Assembly: GCA_040285825.1 (NCBI GenBank)
Contig: JAUPSS010000007.1
Span: forward strand, 143,156 to 207,155
Reading direction: 5' to 3'
Source: Eukaryota sp. TZLM1-RC
Taxonomy: Eukaryota > Protista > Metamonada: BaSk clade
DNA length: 64,000 bases
The notes under the pieces are model-generated. The model made no database searches and was not told the origin of the DNA. It saw only the letters and a program-made list of their open reading frames with translations. Positions within the stretch are counted from its first letter, which is position 1. Each line of letters starts with the position of its first letter. Positions 57,440 through 64,000 of the stretch are shown here, piece after piece. Made by a program: the position numbers and the translations under genes.

Positions 57440-58425
57440 ATTATATTAAAAACTTATAAATCTGCACCTAAATAATCAATTTCTCCAAAACCAAAACAAC
57501 TAGATGCAACACTCTTATAGTGAGATCCAAGAAAAAGCAATGCATCAGAAACCATCTTCAACATCCCCTTAAAAATAGAAAACACAATTCTATTTTGCCA
57601 AAACAATCTGTTGAAATTTCTGCTAGTTCTTCTCTTTACAATCATTTCAAAATCAGCCAAAAAACGTAAAATAGTTGGTGCAGGTGAACCAAAAAGGGAA
57701 AATACGAATGGATACAAATTGTATTTTGCATGCTGTTGGCTGGACAATTTGGACAAAGGTTCATTGTATATTTTGATTTTGAAATTTTCAGCATTTGAAA
57801 GAGGATTATGAATTTCAGAATTAACAAGCCTTTCCTTTGAGGCATTACAAGGATCAACAGACATTATATCCAATAAAATGAAGCTTCCATCTAATCCAAG
57901 TAATATAACATCACCTCTATTATTCTTATGAAAATCATCTTCAGCATCAAACAGATTTGACAACAGAGGTTCCAAGAAGGATTCAATTCTATGAGACTCA
58001 TACATACAATACATTTGGTCTCTTACAGCATCGTGAACCTTGCTTCTAAAAGTAATAAAATGTTTGCAATTTAACAAATGAGTAATTGTAATTTCTCGAG
58101 AACATTTACAAATTAAATTATGAGGTAAATTATCAGGCTAGATAAAAATCACGAAATCTTTTATCCAAGGTCCAGGTAGAATCAGTTAAGAGAGTACTAT
58201 AAACTTGAGGAATTGTTGTTACTAAGGCAGAAGATGTACTATCAGACATATCTTGTAAAAAAATTGCAAAAGCGGGATTCTTTTTCTTGGCCAAGCCAAA
58301 TCCAACATCAAAAACCAAGCTTTCAAAAATCTTTCACAATTTTTGTTGAAACTTTTTACAGCAAAACGGTAAATTAAACAGAGATCGGTTAGGAATTTCT
58401 TGAATTGATTGAGGAAAACATTTTC
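57440..58425 (-). mobile_element. Non-LTR family A 3' portion (CCHC + RLE)
   Basis: 207-aa ORF 57454-58077 with HDAVRD, RGDVIL, DIMSVD, AENFKIKIY and YPFVFSLFG. The upstream part matches 38230-38770. Confidence 0.92.
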
Positions 58426-58427
58426 AT

Positions 58428-59030
58428 ATTGTGAATTGTAAGAAGTTTTTTCAATATCAGTCAGTTTTTCATTATGCTGTTCGTGATTTGACCTATGGAA
58501 TGTTTAAGTGTTACAAGTTTAGTTGCAAAGTAGAACTCTTGTTGAAGCATTATAGTGATAATAATTGGTTTGATGCTAGTTTTGGTCGTTTAATTGCACC
58601 TGTTGTGGACTCCTTCCCATTTGTTGTTGATTTTACTACTGTTGATCCTTTGCTTCAATTTATCGTGATGATGTCTTAGTTAGTTCTAAAGGACACTTGG
58701 ACAAATACGCTGAGTTATTGAATGATTTAAATAGAAACCTTTACTCGAAGCTCTCTTTTGTTTTTTTTGCCTTTTCGATTTTTGGTATTATTGGTCAGTC
58801 TGGTTCGAATTTTCTCAATGATTTTGTTCATCTTTGTCGTTCAAGTGGTAAGAATTGTGCTGGGTATTTATGGAAGAATCGTGTCATTTTTGCTTTGTAT
58901 AGAAGTGTTTTTAGTCTTTTAATTTGATGATGTATAAGTTTCACAAAGATTCTTCAAGAGTGGGTGTGGAGAATTTTGTTTCTAATGAGTTTAAATTTGT
59001 TTTGTTTTGTTTTGTAATTGAGTGGAAAAT
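58428..59030 (+). mobile_element. Non-LTR family E 3' remnant (RLE)
   Basis: NCKKF..FHYAVRDL..VVDFTTVDP..DKYAELL..FAFSIFG..LWKNRVIF. Confidence 0.8.
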
Positions 59031-59099
59031 AACATTACAATATTTTTGATTAAACACATTTATGAAGCTTAAACTTCAAGTACAGCATAATAGTGATGA

Positions 59100-59900
59100 A
59101 TTTTGAGAATTCACAACACTTAGTAAAATAAGATCAGAACTATTGGGACTAATTTCAATGAATCAAGATTTTTCTCTGCAAAATCCTGATCTGCCTGCGT
59201 TTTTGCCATTGCCCATTTCTTTCGATAGAAGAATCAAGTGATTTTCTGATCACAGCTAAATTCATTTTCATTAATTGAATTGTGAATTATTTATGACCGC
59301 CACAATGAACATCAATTCTTATCATTCTCTTTTTCAACCTATTTATCGAAATCTTTGAAAAATATTTGTTGCTTCTACCGATAGTCTTGCGTCCATATAA
59401 AACTGAAAAGCATCACAAACAGATGCATGGTAATAGTTGAATTCACCATTATCAAACCTTTGTATTCAAGAATTAATCATCATTTTTAAATTTTGTTTCC
59501 ATCTTTCAACATATATCTTTTCAATAAATTTGTTTTTTTTGATTTAATCAATTGTCTGGAAACCAGATTAAGGGAAAGTATTGTTCTAATTATTCATCAT
59601 ATTCAATCATATATCCAAATGACGTGGAATGGACTCTTGAATCATCCTCAATTAATTGTTCCACATTTTGAACCATCATCGTGTTTGGTGCTAGTTTTCT
59701 GAAAAATGCTTTGGTAATAAAAGATTTCTTGGTCATTCTTTTTGAGTTGTGATGAACAAGAACATTATTCAAAGGTTGGGTTGCTTCGGTTGTCACACAT
59801 AAGGCACTCAGTTCCAATGTTTTTCTATTTGAATTTGAATTTATTTTGCTAATTGTATTTGAATCATGATAAGAACATATTGCACAGTGATATTTTTAGG
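59100..59900 (-). mobile_element. Highly decayed family D-like non-LTR remnant
   Basis: The reverse complement ends GCAGATCAGGATTTTGCAGAGAAAAATCTTGATTCATTGA..GTCCCAATAGTT, like the family D 3' end. Confidence 0.55.
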
Positions 59901-60499
59901 AACTTCAAAGCCGTTGATTTTCATCAATTTCACAATACCTCTTAATCATTGGGTCGTTGTATCAACATTTGCAACATTTCCTTCAAAATTCTTGTGCCTT
60001 TTCGATGAATGACTGAAACACACCAATCAATTCTATTTTTCACCCGTGGTTTGCTTACGTGTCTACATTGTTTATCCATTATTCGCAGCGGAATGTGCCT
60101 TTTGAACCATTTGGAACCATAAACTCGACAATTAATTTTATGGTATCTTACATCACATCAATTTCGAATTCATTTTTTTGTCTATTTTTTTTTGCAAAAA
60201 TAGTTTGTATTACGTTTTCGCTTCTATTGGCTATTTCCTTTCAAAGGTCATCAACGATTAAACCTCTTGTGGATCTTCCACAATTTGACGATGGTAGTTA
60301 AACTCACCACTTAGACCGGATTTTTAAGCAGCATCAACTCCACAGAACACAGAATTTAATAGTCATTTTTTTTCAAGAAAAACATTATCTTAATATGTTT
60401 TTCACATTGGTCATTTGTTCTGGAAAAACTGATTTTTATAAAATTCACATTTAAATAAGTGTTATATATTATAAATTTCCAATCAGATTTCCAATACAA

Positions 60500-61087
60500 C
60501 TATTTGTATTCGAATACTGGTTCAATTCAACCCACCAATTGATTTTGCTCAACATCACACATACTACGTCGATTCCTCATTTTCACTGGTCAAATGGTTT
60601 TCTAGAACGACAACATCGCGTCATTCTACAAAATCTCAAAAAGGTACTTTTAGATTTTGCTGACTATGACAATTGGTCCGATCATCTCCCTTTTTGCCAG
60701 ATGATTGCCAACAGCAGCTACAGAAGATCTCTTAATGCCTCTCCTTATGAACTCATTTCTGGTTCCGACGTATCACCTTTCTTGCTACCTATTAAGGTAA
60801 TGAAACCGACTAACCCAACTAAAAACGTCTATTCACCTAGTCAAACCCTGTCTGTCCTCCCTTCCCGATGAAATTCTGAATGCCTATGTTGCCGTTGACG
60901 CCGGTGAATTTCTTATAGACGTTATCCCAGATATCTCTGATAGCCAAGCAAACATTTTGTGGTCCGATGGTACTCAGTCAACTCAACCTGTAGATACTGT
61001 TAAAAATAGGGTAGCCTTCCAGTGATATTCACAGATGTTAAACCTCGATAAACCCAGAAGAAGAGGAAAAGAAGAAAGAAGAGGTAG
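60500..61087 (+). mobile_element. Ty3/gypsy 3' pol remnant: integrase core end, chromodomain-like tail, polypurine tract
   Basis: HWSNGFLERQHRVI...WSDHLPFCQMIANSS...SPYEL, then GEFLID...ILWSDGTQSTQPVDTVKN. The purine run AGAAGAAGAGGAAAAGAAGAAAGAAGAGG lies just before 61088. Confidence 0.85.
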
Positions 61088-61290
61088 TGTTGGATCCTTG
61101 CCGTATTTAGTTGGTTATTTGTGTTTACAGTTATCACGTGAAACCACGTCATCACGTATTCAATTAGACTCTTGTACAATTTTTCTTTGATTATTCACAC
61201 CCTCTGTAATAAACTACTGCGTTTCTGATTTATCCGTAGTTCATTAGCTGATGCATACCTATACTGACCGAACACATACCGAAAAACAGA
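61088..61290 (+). mobile_element. Probable 3' LTR (right end uncertain)
   Basis: Begins TGTTGG right after the PPT and contains AATAAA at ~61209. Confidence 0.55.
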
Positions 61291-61420
61291 ATCTGGAACT
61301 TCAACGAAACTGCCGTTTTAGTTGATCCTGATCTCAATCGTACAGTTGATTTTATTAGAAACAAGGCTGTGATAATGAACTCTGAGAAACTGGAGAAATT
61401 TCGACTGACTGGTGTGATAC

Positions 61421-62130
61421 TACACCGCCGGAGGTAATAGTCTCATTGCAAAATTGGTCTCACTGAGACTAATTATGTCCTGACATCATCAGAAAATCCA
61501 TTTCTGAGACTAATTTTGTCTTGAGAAACAAATGGGTGATACTTTTTGAGCACACATTATGAATAAAATCTCCTGTTTGTGTCTGGGGTTTGCTTTTCTG
61601 TTGCATAAATGTAAATTGACATTTCACACACTCTCAACACCTGTCCTTTCTCCCCATGCCTTATAAATACGACTTCCTTCTTCTGGGCAGAAACCTTCGT
61701 TCTTGGAAAACCCATGCATCTGATGATACAAAAACACGTGCATTATATACGTGTCTTTTTTTGGGGGAATCCCAGACCGCAATAGCACACTTCTTCATTT
61801 GCAACCAGTCTACAATTAGTCGCTGGGTACAAGAATACTTTGAGTTTTTCTGTCAACCTAAAAACTATGATGAAACACAGCCAAACAATATCCAATCTAA
61901 CATTCCCTCCAAAATTGTCGACTTTATCATTGTTACGACCACGGAGACCTGCTTTTGTTTCTCAATGAAATTAAGTCTCTAATCTACTCCAACTTTCATA
62001 CTACTATTTCAGTTTCGACTGTTCACCAAATTCTTGTTCAATCTGGCTTTTCGCGAAAGCGAGTTCAGTTATCTGTACAAAGAGCAAAACTACAGATGGT
62101 GTTAAACTTTGAGAATTACTTAGCCCGGAA
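61421..62130 (+). mobile_element. IS630/Tc1-like element 5' part: subterminal repeats and HTH/winged-helix transposase N-terminus
   Basis: CTGAGACTAATT(A/T)TGTC occurs twice (~61463, ~61504). Encodes SQTAIAHFFICNQSTISRWVQ and FLNEIK...ISVSTVHQILVQSGFSRKRV. Confidence 0.75.
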
Positions 62131-62139
62131 TATATGTGT

Positions 62140-62540
62140 CATTAACTCATCCCTGCCCTCGACCCAAGAAGCACCTCCACAAAGCCTTACTGTGGACACT
62201 GACTCTTCTGAACTCCTGTATCCCCCTCAAGTTGTAGAACCGATTGCAGGAAATAAATGTAGAGTACAGCAGGTGTCAACTAATACTACACGAAAACTGG
62301 TGCTGCAATTGATGGAAAACTGGATTTTTGAAAACGAATACGAAGGAGGACTGATGTCTGCTACAACTAAAGCGTTTCCGGAACACTTTCTAGCCTCTGA
62401 ATCCGACAATTGCAAGAAGGTTTCTGACTGGTGGTCTATTTGTCAAGCCTTTTACCCAAGTATAGAAGATAAAAAGCTTTCAAATTCTCGAGTACAGAAC
62501 GGAGTGAAAAAGAAGGTATTTCTAAATGGTCATTCGAGCA
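62140..62540 (+). pseudogene. N-terminal fragment of a pogo/DDE_1-like transposase
   Basis: RKLVLQLM...SATTKAFPEHF...NCKKVSDWW...SRVQNGVKKKVFL, recalled as the same family as 44960-45390. Confidence 0.4.
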
Positions 62541-63888
62541 ACTGAGTTCCAAAATTCTAGTAATGAAGCTACTATAACAAAAATGAAATATGATTCTTAT
62601 AAACTTATGGTTTTTCCGGTTTCAACTGATACACCTAGCTTTATATCAGTAGAGCTAAATTACTACGCTGTTTGTGGTGCCAGAAACTTTGGTGCTGGGA
62701 GAATGGGCCTACAGTTTGATGACTTATCCTGGGTCACTTCCGTAGCACTTTCTTGTCTCTTTCTAGACTGTGACATCAACACTGAAGCCTCAATTACTCC
62801 TATACGTCAACTCATCCACCCTGCGTCATCCCCTGAAGTTTCTTTCAAGAAGTCTGATATTTTCCGATCTCGAACTTCTACGACCATTCAGGGTGGGATT
62901 TCTGACTGAGTAGTAGTTAATCCAGAAATATTTTCTGTAAAGTTTAAACCACAGAGCGCCATATCTGCTCGTTTATATGAACATTGGATAAAAGACAAAG
63001 AACGCGAGGAAGTTCGTACCTTCACTCTTAAAGAACAGAAAAATCATCCCTCTAACAAGGAAATAGAGCTGACAGACAAGTACACAAAAATCTGGCTGAA
63101 TTTGCTTAACACCAACAAAGCCATAATCTCTGTGATTCCAGAAGAGCTTGTACCGTTTCTTGGGGACGTGATTGGAAACCCAATCAGAACCAAAATTGCG
63201 GAGCAGGTTGTACAATGTACCCCATCAAAGTTTTTAGAATAAGGAACGATGTCCTGGAATATTTGGATGTCTGTGACGCCAAATTGTTTCGGGAACTAGA
63301 ATGCTATGTTATGGGATTTAGTAAATGAAGAAGTGGCCAAGTATTAATGAGTGCTGATGTTGAACAATCGTTTCAAAGAGTTGAAGAAAATACACAACAC
63401 GATAAAAGTTTTTTTTGATTAAACAATAAAATAGGTAAATTGACTTTAAATAAACAAAAACATAATGAAAACTAATGTAAAAACTTGGGAACTCATAGAC
63501 CTTTTCTCCACAAAGATAGGGTGATCTGTATGGCTGTAAATGACGCCAGCCACTGTGTGCAAAATTATTTCGCAATTGAAAAACACTTCTGAAAGAATAG
63601 GGCTTTCCGACTGAAGTTACCAGACACAGCTTTTCTGAATCGATTTGCCAAAGGAATTCTTCCCATAGGTCTTCAACGTTCTCTTCTAGGGAGAATGCGA
63701 AATGATTTATTCGCTGATCTTCACCCCCTTCCTTCCTTGTCGAAACTACTACTGATGAGTTGTTGGACGGTTCCAGGGTTACTTCATGGACTCGTGGTTT
63801 CAAAACCTCAATTAGTGATGTGGAACATACGGCTGGCACTAAAGCCAGCCGGTCCTCTTGGTGCCCTCAAAGTTTAAAAAAATCAATC

Positions 63889-63935
63889 GTGCTTCAAGTA
63901 AGACAGGCCTGGTCACATCTCACGTGATTGTCCAA
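63889..63935 (+). pseudogene. Gag-type CCHC zinc-knuckle remnant
   Basis: CFK*DRPGHISRDCP (CX2CX4HX4C with the second Cys mutated to a stop). Confidence 0.65.
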
Positions 63936-64000
63936 CTTAAATCAAACAAGAGGTGAATTATGTGTGTCATACCATCGATGCACCGAAGAATTTGACAAAC

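Noticed and set aside
61421-62909. Fanzor/TnpB cargo beside the IS630/Tc1-like transposase
   Set aside because: No RuvC motifs or CxxC...RDxN signature was found here or near 5060-5465.
1-64000. Alternative genetic code (TAA/TAG=Gln or TGA=Trp) to explain broken ORFs
   Set aside because: Host genes are intact in the standard code and end in TAA, TAG and TGA. The broken ORFs are TE remnants that also carry frameshifts.

Overview
AT-rich eukaryotic nuclear DNA read in the standard genetic code. It is most likely a gene-compact protist; one 29-nt intron with a fused branch point/3' splice site and stop-overlapping poly(A) signals suggest a metamonad-like lineage (inference). About ten intact, almost intron-free host genes are present: a TKL-type kinase, a secreted beta-propeller protein, an RCC1-LRR protein, a MYND-finger protein, a divergent ORC2, a B-box/TLDc protein, GID4/VID24, a TRIM-like RING-B-box protein, a D-box protein and an API5-like protein. 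They sit in dense, nested transposon debris: Mutator/MULE, hAT, IS630/Tc1-like and pogo-like DNA transposons, Ty3/gypsy retrotransposons with very short LTRs, at least six families of RLE-type (CRE/R2-group-like) non-LTR retrotransposons (labelled A-F here), and an endogenous CRESS-DNA-virus Rep. The most striking observation is a decayed non-LTR element at ~9.4-11.5 kb. Its frameshifted ORF carries a complete family-B-polymerase-type 3'-5' exonuclease (DIET / HNIFNFD / YCLQD) directly upstream of reverse-transcriptase motifs, making it a candidate proofreading retrotransposon. Other highlights are an unnamed C-terminal domain shared by the kinase and the TRIM-like ligase, and repeated sense-orientation placement of one retroelement family just upstream of host start codons. 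All homology calls come from motif recognition by eye, not from database searches.
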